A stretch of 64,000 nt of DNA from a virus: IMG/VR virus record IMGVR_UViG_3300049427_000004, positions 64,001-128,000 of that record, one strand, 5' to 3'. Within the stretch, counting starts at the first letter, position 1; the number at the start of each line of letters is the position of its first letter. Under the pieces are notes generated by a model. The model saw nothing but the letters and a program-made list of their open reading frames with translations. It ran no database searches and was not told the DNA's origin. Position numbers and translations under genes: made by a program. Positions 28,020 through 37,473 of this stretch are shown here, piece after piece.

Positions 28020-28235
28020 TTATTCGTATCCTAGCTCAATGATTCCAACAACACTTCCTAAAGTGTCGCCTGCGACATCTAAAGCGGTTCGTATGTCAAC
28101 AGCCTCCACTTCATCCTCTTCAAAAATAATTGCGTTTTCCAATGTTCCATCTTGGTTAAGTGGTACTTTGAAATAAGTAATCTTGAATTTTTTCATATTT
28201 AATTTCACCTCCTTTAATTTGCAAACAACAGTCAT
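28020..28235 (-). CDS. Hypothetical protein
   Basis: GGAGGTG RBS before MKKFKI. Confidence 0.5.
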   Translation of the reverse strand: MTVVCKLKEVKLNMKKFKITYFKVPLNQDGTLENAIIFEEDEVEAVDIRTALDVAGDTLGSVVGIIELGYE

Positions 28236-28510
28236 TTTATTATCTCATCAATTTCATCAGCCTCTATATACTCCCATTCATATAAATCTCTAGGATTGCA
28301 GTTAAGAGCATCTGAAAGGCAAACTGCTACAGATAATGTCATATTATCTCTTCGACCAGTACAATAAAATGATATTATTCTGAAATCAATTCCTGATTTA
28401 TGAGCCAACATAGTCTGGTTCATGCTTCTTGATTTGATTACTTCTTTGAGGAGACACTTGCCTTGAACCAATTTCTTCATAATTGTCACCTCATAAATTA
28501 CTTGATTCAT
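28232..28510 (-). CDS. XRE/Cro-like HTH protein
   Basis: GKCLLKEVIKSRSMNQTMLAHKSGI...LNCNPRDLYEW. Confidence 0.75.
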   Translation of the reverse strand: MNQVIYEVTIMKKLVQGKCLLKEVIKSRSMNQTMLAHKSGIDFRIISFYCTGRRDNMTLSVAVCLSDALNCNPRDLYEWEYIEADEIDEIIK

Positions 28511-28728
28511 TAGCTCTTTGAATGTGATATTAATTCTACTTTGTTAAATCCCGATCTTTTTAGTTCACTTAGATCTATAAATTTATGATTCGTTGTAGGT
28601 TTAGGACATTCTTCTGTTGGCATTAATTCAACTGGGATATAATTAAAATATTGTTTAACCTTTGTCTCAAAACCAAGTTCGCACCGATCACCATCGTAAG
28701 CCCTACATCCATTACATGATTTTTTCAT
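28510..28728 (-). CDS. Hypothetical Cys-rich protein
   Basis: CNGC...C...C; overlaps neighbouring genes. Confidence 0.55.
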   Translation of the reverse strand: MKKSCNGCRAYDGDRCELGFETKVKQYFNYIPVELMPTEECPKPTTNHKFIDLSELKRSGFNKVELISHSKS

Positions 28729-28985
28729 TGGCTTTTTATTCTCTTTCGATGTTCTCTGCGTTTCTTTAGACTGTATGAGTGGACTATATTATGCTTTGTC
28801 TCCCATTCCTTTTCAAACATTTCAGCACCTGCTTTAGTACAGTAATGTGATTCAACCTCATTTCCTTCATCAGTCATTAATTGAGCCACATACATACGTT
28901 CACTTCTGTTGTACCAGATTTCAACCCATGTAGGAGTGTTATCGACTGTTGTATAAGGTAATTGAAATTTGAACAATTGAAACAC
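28725..28985 (-). CDS. Hypothetical protein
   Basis: GGAGGTG RBS. Confidence 0.55.
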   Translation of the reverse strand: MFQLFKFQLPYTTVDNTPTWVEIWYNRSERMYVAQLMTDEGNEVESHYCTKAGAEMFEKEWETKHNIVHSYSLKKRREHRKRIKSQ

Positions 28986-29005
28986 CTCCTCTTGAAAGAC
29001 TGGTT

Positions 29006-29452
29006 TTAACGTCTTAGAAAATTATATGCCTTGGATCGAATTGTACTATAATCTTTTTCATTACACACTGCACTTGAATTGACACAATCATTAAGTATTT
29101 CTTTAGCCAGCTTTAATTCATCTAGAAGAGTATTAATGTGCTCGATATACTCTCTTTGAGTTAAAAGTACATTACTTCCTAACCCTTTTTCATCTAATTT
29201 TTCAACATGATCCTGACTGATTTTAGCTATGCGCTCAATCTCACTGATTGCAGTCATCTCTTCATCTCCCTTTAACTTTCCGAATATATTCTCCATACCT
29301 TCTCGTGTAACTGCCCAACTTGTTCCGATTTTACGTATGCTGCCTTCTGGAAAATCATCTTTCCGTTTACGTAGCGTTGAATCATCAATACCCCATTTTG
29401 TGACAGCTTCTTTTGAGTCCATGATGTCAGGATCGTTTAAGTTGATTCTCAT
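29006..29452 (-). CDS. Excisionase-like HTH protein with an extra C-terminal segment
   Basis: MDSKEAVTKWGIDDSTLRKR...RKIGTSWAVTREGM. Confidence 0.65.
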   Translation of the reverse strand: MRINLNDPDIMDSKEAVTKWGIDDSTLRKRKDDFPEGSIRKIGTSWAVTREGMENIFGKLKGDEEMTAISEIERIAKISQDHVEKLDEKGLGSNVLLTQREYIEHINTLLDELKLAKEILNDCVNSSAVCNEKDYSTIRSKAYNFLRR

Positions 29453-29486
29453 TTAAGTCACCTCGTAATGTTTATCTCTTGATCTC

Positions 29487-29516
29487 ATTATAGCATTCAC
29501 GCCAGCGTGATGTCAA
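29487..29516 (-). promoter_or_regulatory. Consensus SigA promoter containing a palindromic operator
   Basis: TTGACA-N18-TATAAT with TCACGC-CA-GCGTGA in the spacer. Confidence 0.7.
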
Positions 29517-29901
29517 TACATAAAAAATTAAAAATCATCCTATAGACTTACAATAAAGCAAGGCTATAACATAATCATTTTAACTTACTCTTCATCAATC
29601 CTTAGGGTGCTCATATCTGCTTCTCTAACATTCAAAGTCTTAAGAACACCTTTTACCAGCTCAACTTCTGTTGATGCATACGTGCCATGATTTACTCCAT
29701 CAATGTAAAGAACAGCCCCACCATCTTTCTTGATTAGCAACTGAACTTGTTTCATAAACTTACACCTCCCTCTTTAATTCTATAATTGTATTATACCACA
29801 ATTTTCAATTTTTCTCAACTGAACACAATCATAATGATTATTTGGTTTTAAAGTAACGGTGATGAAACGGCTCTTTAATTGGGTAAAAGAAAAGCCCTGA
29901 G

Positions 29902-30057
29902 TTAAGCCCTCAGAGCCGCTCTAACACGGTAAACCAGTGTTCTCCATACTTTACGCATAGAGCGTTTCTTCTCCGTTCTAAAGACTACTACAACCTTCGT
30001 AGGGCACGAAATAACGACTGGCTTACCTTTTTGCATTTCAATTATGACTCTCTTCAA
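29902..30057 (-). CDS. Small highly basic protein (51 aa, MKRVIIEMQKGK...)
   Basis: Hand-translated; GAGGAG RBS; own terminator at about 29884-29917. Confidence 0.55.
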   Translation of the reverse strand: MKRVIIEMQKGKPVVISCPTKVVVVFRTEKKRSMRKVWRTLVYRVRAALRA

Positions 30058-30142
30058 ATCTATCAACTCCTCTTGTGTTATTGATAGATTATATGCTAGA
30101 GTTGATTTTATTATTCATCAAATTATATTTTTCATTTTTAAT

Positions 30143-30541
30143 TTACATTTGAAGCAACTTTATTAAAATATCTCGGCTAACTTTTGATGTGCAATTCTTG
30201 ATGTTTTCAGTTATCAAGAATGTTAAAAATGATTTAATGTGCGCTGCCTTATTTCCTTTTGTAACACTATTGTCATATGACGAAAGAAAAGTATCAATAT
30301 CTTCTCGTTTGCACATGGCAACATCTTTTCCTAAACCCTCTAGAAAATTGCTTATTGTACATTTATATTGGTAATAAGATGAACGTTGACTCTTATTGTT
30401 ATCGATATCTGGATACTTGGCAGTTTGGAAAGAATCTAAGTAAGATCGGTTAAGTTCAGAAATTTTGTAAACTTTCATTTTGCTTACTTTGCTATCCAGC
30501 GTTTCAACATCATCGATTGACATTTGAATCAACTCTCCCAC
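30143..30541 (-). CDS. Stand-alone integrase N-terminal (SAM-like core-binding) domain protein
   Basis: SYYQYKCTISNFLEGL...CKREDIDTFL...TKGNKAAHIKSFLTFL. Confidence 0.55.
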   Translation of the reverse strand: MGELIQMSIDDVETLDSKVSKMKVYKISELNRSYLDSFQTAKYPDIDNNKSQRSSYYQYKCTISNFLEGLGKDVAMCKREDIDTFLSSYDNSVTKGNKAAHIKSFLTFLITENIKNCTSKVSRDILIKLLQM

Positions 30542-30729
30542 AATATTACCTCCAATTCAACCTATGTATTTTTAATTTCGTTATAAAGTTCAATTGCTAA
30601 TTTGAAGTCAATCAAATTTCCATTACGAGTAATGATGTAAGGTTTTCCCTGAACAACACGAGCTTTCATCAATTTTACCTCCTTTATTAATGAATTAGTG
30701 TTTAAAACAATATTTTCATCGTGATAAAA

Positions 30730-31074
30730 CTAACAAGCTAAAGCTATTTGATTATTTCCTATAACAGAAATTGCTCCCTTGGTAACAGCGTGAACAGACT
30801 TTACATTGAATTGAGAGAAATCAAATATGAATCCTTCATGAATAAAAGTAGGTTTGATTTCTGATACTTGGCTCAATTTATTTAGAAGCTTGTAAAGATT
30901 TTTGAATGATACACAGCTAATCACACTCATTCCTTCTTCAAACTCTTGAGTTATTGGTTCTCCGATAATTGCAGAGGGATCAATATGAAGCAGCTTCAAT
31001 GTTATAGCTAGAGGACTTACAAGAATAGTTCCATGTCCGAAGATAATTTTGTTTCCTTCAATCATTTTTATCAC
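30730..31074 (-). CDS. Hypothetical protein
   Basis: GGAG RBS. Confidence 0.55.
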   Translation of the reverse strand: MIKMIEGNKIIFGHGTILVSPLAITLKLLHIDPSAIIGEPITQEFEEGMSVISCVSFKNLYKLLNKLSQVSEIKPTFIHEGFIFDFSQFNVKSVHAVTKGAISVIGNNQIALAC

Positions 31075-31110
31075 TCCATTATTTTATAATTTATTGATAA
31101 AATAGATATT

Positions 31111-31311
31111 TTACTGGCTGTATTTTATGAGATGTGCGTAGTATTCATAATCATTGTCAGTCGCACTCATAATGCAAGAATTAACTTTCATTCTTCTAAC
31201 TTTCCCATTGTCTACCCAACCTTCCTTACTTAAAGCTTCTACATGATTATCTCGTTCTTCAATGGTGCCATATGTGTATTCAACTACCTCATAATTATTT
31301 ATCTTTTTCAT
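31111..31311 (-). CDS. Hypothetical protein
   Basis: AAGGAG RBS. Confidence 0.55.
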   Translation of the reverse strand: MKKINNYEVVEYTYGTIEERDNHVEALSKEGWVDNGKVRRMKVNSCIMSATDNDYEYYAHLIKYSQ

Positions 31312-31350
31312 CTTATTAATCTCCTTTTAGGTATTGAAATGGTCATTTGA

Positions 31351-31596
31351 TTACCCTATAACTTGCTGCCACTCGTCAACACATTCAGAACATTCTTTAG
31401 TCTCTTCGATTACTTGACCTTTGCTATTTACAGTGTATTTAATTGTAGAGTGTACACCACAAATATAGCACTTTCCGAAACCTTCTTTTTGCTCATACTC
31501 TCCTGTAAATATGGAGACATCTGGTTCAATAATTATGATTGACACATACATCATCCTTCCATAGATATGTGTATTTAGACCGTAAACCTTTGTCAA
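31351..31596 (-). CDS. Hypothetical zinc-ribbon protein
   Basis: CYIC...CSEC. Confidence 0.45.
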   Translation of the reverse strand: MTKVYGLNTHIYGRMMYVSIIIIEPDVSIFTGEYEQKEGFGKCYICGVHSTIKYTVNSKGQVIEETKECSECVDEWQQVIG

Positions 31597-31929
31597 ATAT
31601 ACGGTCTTGTTCCCTTAAGCCATTTGAGCCTTAATGAATGTCCCTGTAATCATTCCAGCCTGTTCGGTAGCAGCTTCTTCTGTCATTTGCAGTCTAACCA
31701 TTAAATCATTTTTTAGTTTGTTGAACAGTTTATCAGCGTTCAATTTTTTAACCTCTGTTACAACGTTTTGATTTTTCATTCATCATCGCTCCGTTTCGGT
31801 CGTTTTGTATATCCTTATTCTAATACTTTACATATATAAAGTCAACTGAATTATTAAAATTTCTATTTTTATCTTTTACCCTATAAAGTCTTAGTTTCAA
31901 GGGCTATGAGGCCACGATATTTAAGTGCT

Positions 31930-32050
31930 GCTGTTATAGTGAAATCTTGAACACTCAAAAAAAGTCGCCGTGATTAAAAGTGTCGGCTGTTATAGTAAAG
32001 TAATCCGTTTTTTGAAAAGTTGCTGGTGATAATTAACACTGGCTGTTATA
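31930..32050. repeat. Three GCTGTTATA repeats with an exact 56-bp period
   Basis: Starts at 31930, 31986 and 32042. Confidence 0.7.
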
Positions 32051-32078
32051 TGATCTTTGCAAAAATCAAAAAGTGGAA

Positions 32079-32555
32079 TTATAGCACCTTTTGCTTTACC
32101 CCTATAATTAAGTTAAATGGTCGAGCTTCCCTATAACCGCTTTTTGTCTCTATTGTTAAGGTTTTTTTATTTACTCTTGCAACCTTTACTTCTCCATATG
32201 CTGAATCGATAACTAAATCACCAACTTGAGCGGATAGAACTTGATTCTTCATGATCTCTTTTAAATTGTCTTGTCTTACTTTTTTACCTGACACAATAAA
32301 TTCTATACGTTTTAATAGAAAGTCTTTTTCTTCAATCAATTTTGTATATATTTTTGCCTGTTCAATTGATTTATTTACACTTCTTTCGCGTCTTAGGTTA
32401 AGCTTGTTTAGGTTCTTCCGATTGCCAGAACCGCCAACCATCCCCAAATGAAAATGTTCTTTTACTTGATCCAAATAGGGATCACTATTGTTAAGTTTAT
32501 CTATTTTTTGTTGAATTTCAACTAATTTAAAATTTAATGTTTCTAATTCATCCAT
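32079..32555 (-). CDS. Hypothetical protein (coiled coil plus SH3/KOW-like end)
   Basis: GAGGTG RBS; 158 aa. Confidence 0.65.
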   Translation of the reverse strand: MDELETLNFKLVEIQQKIDKLNNSDPYLDQVKEHFHLGMVGGSGNRKNLNKLNLRRERSVNKSIEQAKIYTKLIEEKDFLLKRIEFIVSGKKVRQDNLKEIMKNQVLSAQVGDLVIDSAYGEVKVARVNKKTLTIETKSGYREARPFNLIIGVKQKVL

Positions 32556-32626
32556 AATAAAACACCTCTTCTGTTATATTGAGATATCAGACCGTCACCG
32601 TTACAATGTAACGGCCTGATATTGTT

Positions 32627-34933
32627 TTAAATAGCTTCCGCTGCCGTTTCTTCAAGTTTATCAATCACAACCATTACAGTATTTACATTCGTTCCAGACT
32701 CTTTAAATGCTCCTTCTGGAAGCTTTTCATAATATCCCCTACCATCTAGCCATTCACGGAAATTAACGCTTGCTGTGTCATTTGCAAAGGTGAAATGAGG
32801 TGACATAATAGCAACCAATCGACCACCATCCTTTAGACATTTATAAGCATGTTGCACATGTTGGATATCTTGGTTTTTTTCAAATGGTGGATTCATTATG
32901 ATTTTATCGTAATGATTATATTTTGCATATTCCATAAAATCATTTGAAACAAGATTATAATTCTTTAGTTCTAAAATTTCACGCAAACTATAGTTCCATT
33001 CTACGGCCTCAATTGTTGCTGTTATGCCGTTCGCTTGAATGTACGCTGTTATACTATCTAATATATTTCCGTTCCCTGCTGAAGGCTCTAGGATCTTTTC
33101 ACCTTCTCGAATATCTGCATGATTCAGCATTTGTTCAATTATATTTTTAGGAGTAGGGAAATACCCTGCAATTTTACGGAATTTTACATCAGACTCTAGT
33201 TTTTTAATCTTTTGCATTATTGGATTAACTGGTTTTTTAATCTCATCTTTAATTGCTTTATATTCTTCAACTGCTGCTGTTAATTGAGTTATATTATATA
33301 GTCCAGCCTTATGCAATCGCTTCTGCTTCTTTGGTACTTCGCTGTTATACCATCCCTTTAAATCATAACGAGTGTCAATTTCGGGATAAATAAAATCGTT
33401 TCTTGAAATTGAGTAATTATGAAGTTGATCCCGAAAAGCTCCAACTAATAAAGCCTGTTCTAATTTTGTCATGCTGTTATTGAATGCTTTATCCTTTAGG
33501 TATTCAAGAAGAGTAATATCAAAACGTAGTGATTCACGTTTCATTTCTCTACTTGCTTCCTCTTGTTGTCGTTTCCAAGTATTTGTTAAATGATTGCCCG
33601 ATAAAGATTCGAGTTTATTTTGTGCTGATTCGATTTGCTTATCAATCTTATCAATGAATTGTGTTTGATCCTGTTCTTTTTCTTGCTTGCTGTTATATGA
33701 TGTTTCTGTTTCTTGTGCCTTTTCTTTTACTTTTTCTGATTCACCGTTCAACATTGCTTTAATTTCATCAATGATGTTATTACCTGCTTTTGATTTAGTG
33801 ATTAATTCCGATGCTTTTTCCTTGCTTATAACTAGGTTAGTTGTGTTTAGTTTAGTTGCACAATGTAGCGCCCATAATTGGCGTTTAGTTGCTTGATCCT
33901 CATTTGCTGTATCATTGCTTGTTGTTTCCGTTTGTACTGCTTCTGTTGCCTGTTCTGGTTGTTCTGTTACAACTTCTTTAGTTTCAAGCTGTACAGCGTC
34001 TGAAGCCTTTACAGTGCGTTTGGTTTTCTTGAAAACTGTTTTTTCTACATACTCTGTTACCTCTTGCAATGTGTATACTTTAACTTTTCCTTCTGTCATT
34101 TCTTTTTCAAGTCTAGCCAATGGTTGATAATATCTCTTTGCATTATTTTTACGTTGATATCCTCTTTTTTCACTTCCTAGAAGTTCATATGTTACGCGCA
34201 CTTGTTCGCCTACAGTGTAAACCTTAGTAACGATCCAAAAATGTCCATGATACGAGAATGAAAGCAGATCACCTTCATTAATTGTGCTATTGTCTTTTTG
34301 TACTGGCTTGATAACTTGCTTAGCAACTTTTACAACTTCTGCTTTCAATGCATCCGAATCAGTCAAAATCTTTTCAATTTTATTGATAAACTTTTTCAAT
34401 TTTTCAGCTTTTTGATCTGCTGCACTTACTTCTTCATTCTCCCAATCATACGAGTTAACCGCAAAAGCTCCGCTACCTTTTGCAACAATTTGACCATCTT
34501 TCTCAATGTGCCAATTATTATGTTTTGGGTTTCCGTGTGCGAATGTGGGGTAAACTTCTTCAATTGTGTATGTTGGTGCAATTCCTTGCTTTTCTTTTTC
34601 TTTCTCAATCAATACAGCACAAGAAGCCTTTTCATTCTCTGTTGATGCTGCATCATTCATCATTGCCTCTAGTTTAGAGATACGGTCAGATGCTTTATAT
34701 GATGTTTTGTTGTAATTGTATTTTTTTACTTCATAACCAGAATAGCGAGTATTATTATTATCAATAACGAGTACATAACCGTTTTTAGTAGCGATTCCAT
34801 CCCAAGAAGCCGGATTCCAATAATCTGTCATCATATCGGATGTATCTGCTTTATATCCGAAAATAGTCCAACCATTGTCAACGAGTGCTCCAGCGATTTG
34901 AACAAGTGCTTCACGGTTTTGGTAGTAACTCAT
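32627..34933 (-). CDS. Large multidomain protein with a C-terminal N6-adenine DNA methyltransferase domain
   Basis: YFPTP, ILEPSAGNG (motif I), IIMNPPF (motif IV). Confidence 0.85.
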   Translation of the reverse strand: MSYYQNREALVQIAGALVDNGWTIFGYKADTSDMMTDYWNPASWDGIATKNGYVLVIDNNNTRYSGYEVKKYNYNKTSYKASDRISKLEAMMNDAASTENEKASCAVLIEKEKEKQGIAPTYTIEEVYPTFAHGNPKHNNWHIEKDGQIVAKGSGAFAVNSYDWENEEVSAADQKAEKLKKFINKIEKILTDSDALKAEVVKVAKQVIKPVQKDNSTINEGDLLSFSYHGHFWIVTKVYTVGEQVRVTYELLGSEKRGYQRKNNAKRYYQPLARLEKEMTEGKVKVYTLQEVTEYVEKTVFKKTKRTVKASDAVQLETKEVVTEQPEQATEAVQTETTSNDTANEDQATKRQLWALHCATKLNTTNLVISKEKASELITKSKAGNNIIDEIKAMLNGESEKVKEKAQETETSYNSKQEKEQDQTQFIDKIDKQIESAQNKLESLSGNHLTNTWKRQQEEASREMKRESLRFDITLLEYLKDKAFNNSMTKLEQALLVGAFRDQLHNYSISRNDFIYPEIDTRYDLKGWYNSEVPKKQKRLHKAGLYNITQLTAAVEEYKAIKDEIKKPVNPIMQKIKKLESDVKFRKIAGYFPTPKNIIEQMLNHADIREGEKILEPSAGNGNILDSITAYIQANGITATIEAVEWNYSLREILELKNYNLVSNDFMEYAKYNHYDKIIMNPPFEKNQDIQHVQHAYKCLKDGGRLVAIMSPHFTFANDTASVNFREWLDGRGYYEKLPEGAFKESGTNVNTVMVVIDKLEETAAEAI

Positions 34934-35145
34934 TATTGATTCGCTCCTTTGCGCTTAATGCGCTATGTATTATTGTCTTCCTCTTGTTTCTAATTATAAA
35001 GGTTTATATATGTAAAGTCAATTAAATCATTTCCTTTTTCAATATTTTGTTTTTAATGAGTTCTGCCCAATAAAGCAGCAAATTTAATACCCATAGACAG
35101 AGAAAAAAGCGGATCGGCTCCGCTCTGGTTTGTTTATTTAGTTCT

Positions 35146-35460
35146 CTATTCAAATTTAAAGCAAACCGTAGCACCTTTTAAATAAACTTCTAATGTTGCG
35201 CCCATGTCTGGATACACTTGCATCAACTCTTGATCATCTTCAAGCGCTTCCAGCTCGTTAACTAGCAATTCAAATTGTTGTTTATTTTCTTTATTCTTGA
35301 TGTAGATGTAAAACGAATCAGCCGACACCTGCCATTCATTAAGAGTGCAGTATGTTGCAAAACCTCCTGCATGAACACCAATTGTCATCTGTTTACTTTG
35401 ATTGTTTTCCAAAGTATTTACGATTTCTTTAACCATTTGTTCATGTGTAATTGTTTGCAT
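35146..35460 (-). CDS. Hypothetical protein
   Basis: AAGGAG RBS. Confidence 0.6.
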   Translation of the reverse strand: MQTITHEQMVKEIVNTLENNQSKQMTIGVHAGGFATYCTLNEWQVSADSFYIYIKNKENKQQFELLVNELEALEDDQELMQVYPDMGATLEVYLKGATVCFKFE

Positions 35461-35638
35461 AATAACCGCTCCTTATTGGATATGTATTTTCTTTCCTTAC
35501 CTTTATTATACACTTTATACATTTAAATACAAGTGTTATTTTTGATATTTCGCTTTTATTTTAAGGCTCATAAATGTTACATTTCATAACCTGCCACCTA
35601 GAGAAGTTTTACCCTCTCTAGGCTTCTCAGAATCATTT

Positions 35639-36724
35639 TTAAGCTGCTTTCTTTGCGTTTCTATACGGTAACACTAGATAATTATAGTCAATCATTGCAG
35701 GTGTGTATTCACCTGTCATTTTAAACACAATGTATTCATTCTTATTGTTTTTTAATCCATCAAGTAACAATTCAAGGTTGAAGCATATTGACAAGTCTTC
35801 ACCTATTTTTTTTACATCCAATTCACTTGTAAGTGTGTTTTTCGAATCTTTAGAACCAACTTTAATATATAGTTTATCATTTTTAACGTCTATGTTTATT
35901 GTCCCAGTTTTATCAGCAATTTCTTTCATGAGCTGCAATTCCTCAACCAGTTCTTTTTTATTGATTTTAACTTCACTTTTAAAGTGTTGCGGAATGATTT
36001 TCGTTGTATCTGGATACGTCCCCTCAATCAATCGTAAAAGCATAGTAACATTATCAAAAACTATTCTAACATGTCTATTGTGACTATCAACGGTGAAAGT
36101 AAACCCACCTTTGTATTGTTTATCAATGAACGAAGAAATTAGGTTTAGAGACGTTGAAGCGATGACCATATCATTGGTATTCTCATTGCTTTCAATAGTC
36201 GCTAGAGCTAATCTATGGCGGTCACACGCTGTCACAGCCTTACCTTTGAATAGTAAACCTTGCAACACTGGAGTTGATTCCGAAACAGCACAAGCATAAG
36301 TAATTGAAATTACTTCTAACATCTTTTCTTTTGAAATTGTAAACGCTGGTTGAGTGAATTCAGTTGACGGGATGTCTGGGTAGTTGACTGGATCTAGTCC
36401 TATGTATTTAATATTTCGTTTACCTGATTCGATTTTATCAGATGCGATAGTCATATATGTATCGTTTAATTTTTGGATAAGTTTCAATGTTTCTTTGGTG
36501 AGGACAATCGAACCAGATTCAATAACTTCAGCTTCTTTTAATTCAATGATAGTGGGCATTACTTCATGATTAACTGCAATCAATCTAACTGATTCTGTTG
36601 CGATAATTTTGATGCCATTTAACATTTCTAATTTTGATTTACTTGGTGTCACCTTTAAAAGATTTTTGATTGCAGTTTGGATTTCTTTAGTCATGACGTT
36701 AATTTTCATTATTACACTCTCCAT
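35639..36724 (-). CDS. dnaN: DNA polymerase III beta sliding clamp
   Basis: 361 aa; PVLQG, ACDRHRLA, RLIEGTYPD, FNLELLLDGL motifs. Confidence 0.85.
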   Translation of the reverse strand: MESVIMKINVMTKEIQTAIKNLLKVTPSKSKLEMLNGIKIIATESVRLIAVNHEVMPTIIELKEAEVIESGSIVLTKETLKLIQKLNDTYMTIASDKIESGKRNIKYIGLDPVNYPDIPSTEFTQPAFTISKEKMLEVISITYACAVSESTPVLQGLLFKGKAVTACDRHRLALATIESNENTNDMVIASTSLNLISSFIDKQYKGGFTFTVDSHNRHVRIVFDNVTMLLRLIEGTYPDTTKIIPQHFKSEVKINKKELVEELQLMKEIADKTGTINIDVKNDKLYIKVGSKDSKNTLTSELDVKKIGEDLSICFNLELLLDGLKNNKNEYIVFKMTGEYTPAMIDYNYLVLPYRNAKKAA

Positions 36725-36979
36725 TTATATTATTTGTTTTAATACAGTTTTGATAAAATTAAAATTTCGTAGGCTAATTTAGCTCAACATAGTATGGTTC
36801 ATTTGGATAATTTGGATCAATATCTCCGCTCACATAATCAACATTTTTTTTATTTAACATTTCGCAAAGTGTATTATATACTTCCTTATCAAAAGTTGTT
36901 ACTGTTTCTCCTGCTAAAACTCTTTTATAAAGTTTGTTTACCATTATATCCACTCTCCATTATCATATTTTTTATTATT

Positions 36980-37231
36980 TTAACGTCTTACATTGATTAA
37001 GCAATTTTCATGTCCAAAAGTTTGATTTATTTGTGCTAATCCTTTTGTTCCTTCTGGTCTATCGAATTCTTTACTTTTTGTTTGAATAAATACCTCAGAA
37101 ACATCTTTATTGCAAAGTTCACATTTTCCGTATTTGGCACTCGATCCACCAGTTGAACTCAATTTATATTGAAATATCATTACTATCACTCCAATTATCA
37201 TATTTAATTCATTAATTTCCCTTGAATTCAA
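36980..37231 (-). CDS. Hypothetical zinc-binding protein
   Basis: CELC...HENC. Confidence 0.45.
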   Translation of the reverse strand: MNSREINELNMIIGVIVMIFQYKLSSTGGSSAKYGKCELCNKDVSEVFIQTKSKEFDRPEGTKGLAQINQTFGHENCLINVRR

Positions 37232-37248
37232 TCTTTCAAGGGGAATGG

Positions 37249-37473
37249 CTAGTTCTCCTTTTGCTGCTCATCTTCAAGGAATAATTTATATGTGCGTTCA
37301 ATTGCATTTTTTGTATATTCATTTAAGTTGGAAAGTGATTCAACAAATTTTTTAGCTGTAGTCAATCGGATGTTTGCGCTTAGACATTCATCGAAGAATC
37401 TTTCTAAAGCTGTAACCGTGAAAGATTGAGGAGAATCAGCACAAACTTTGAATATCAATTCAATTTTTTTCAT
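37249..37473 (-). CDS. Hypothetical protein
   Basis: GGAG RBS; promoter upstream. Confidence 0.55.
   Translation of the reverse strand: MKKIELIFKVCADSPQSFTVTALERFFDECLSANIRLTTAKKFVESLSNLNEYTKNAIERTYKLFLEDEQQKEN

Noticed and set aside
31930-32075. CRISPR mini-array
   Set aside because: The repeat core is only 9-11 bp, the spacers share sub-motifs and no cas genes are present; kept as a periodic element instead.
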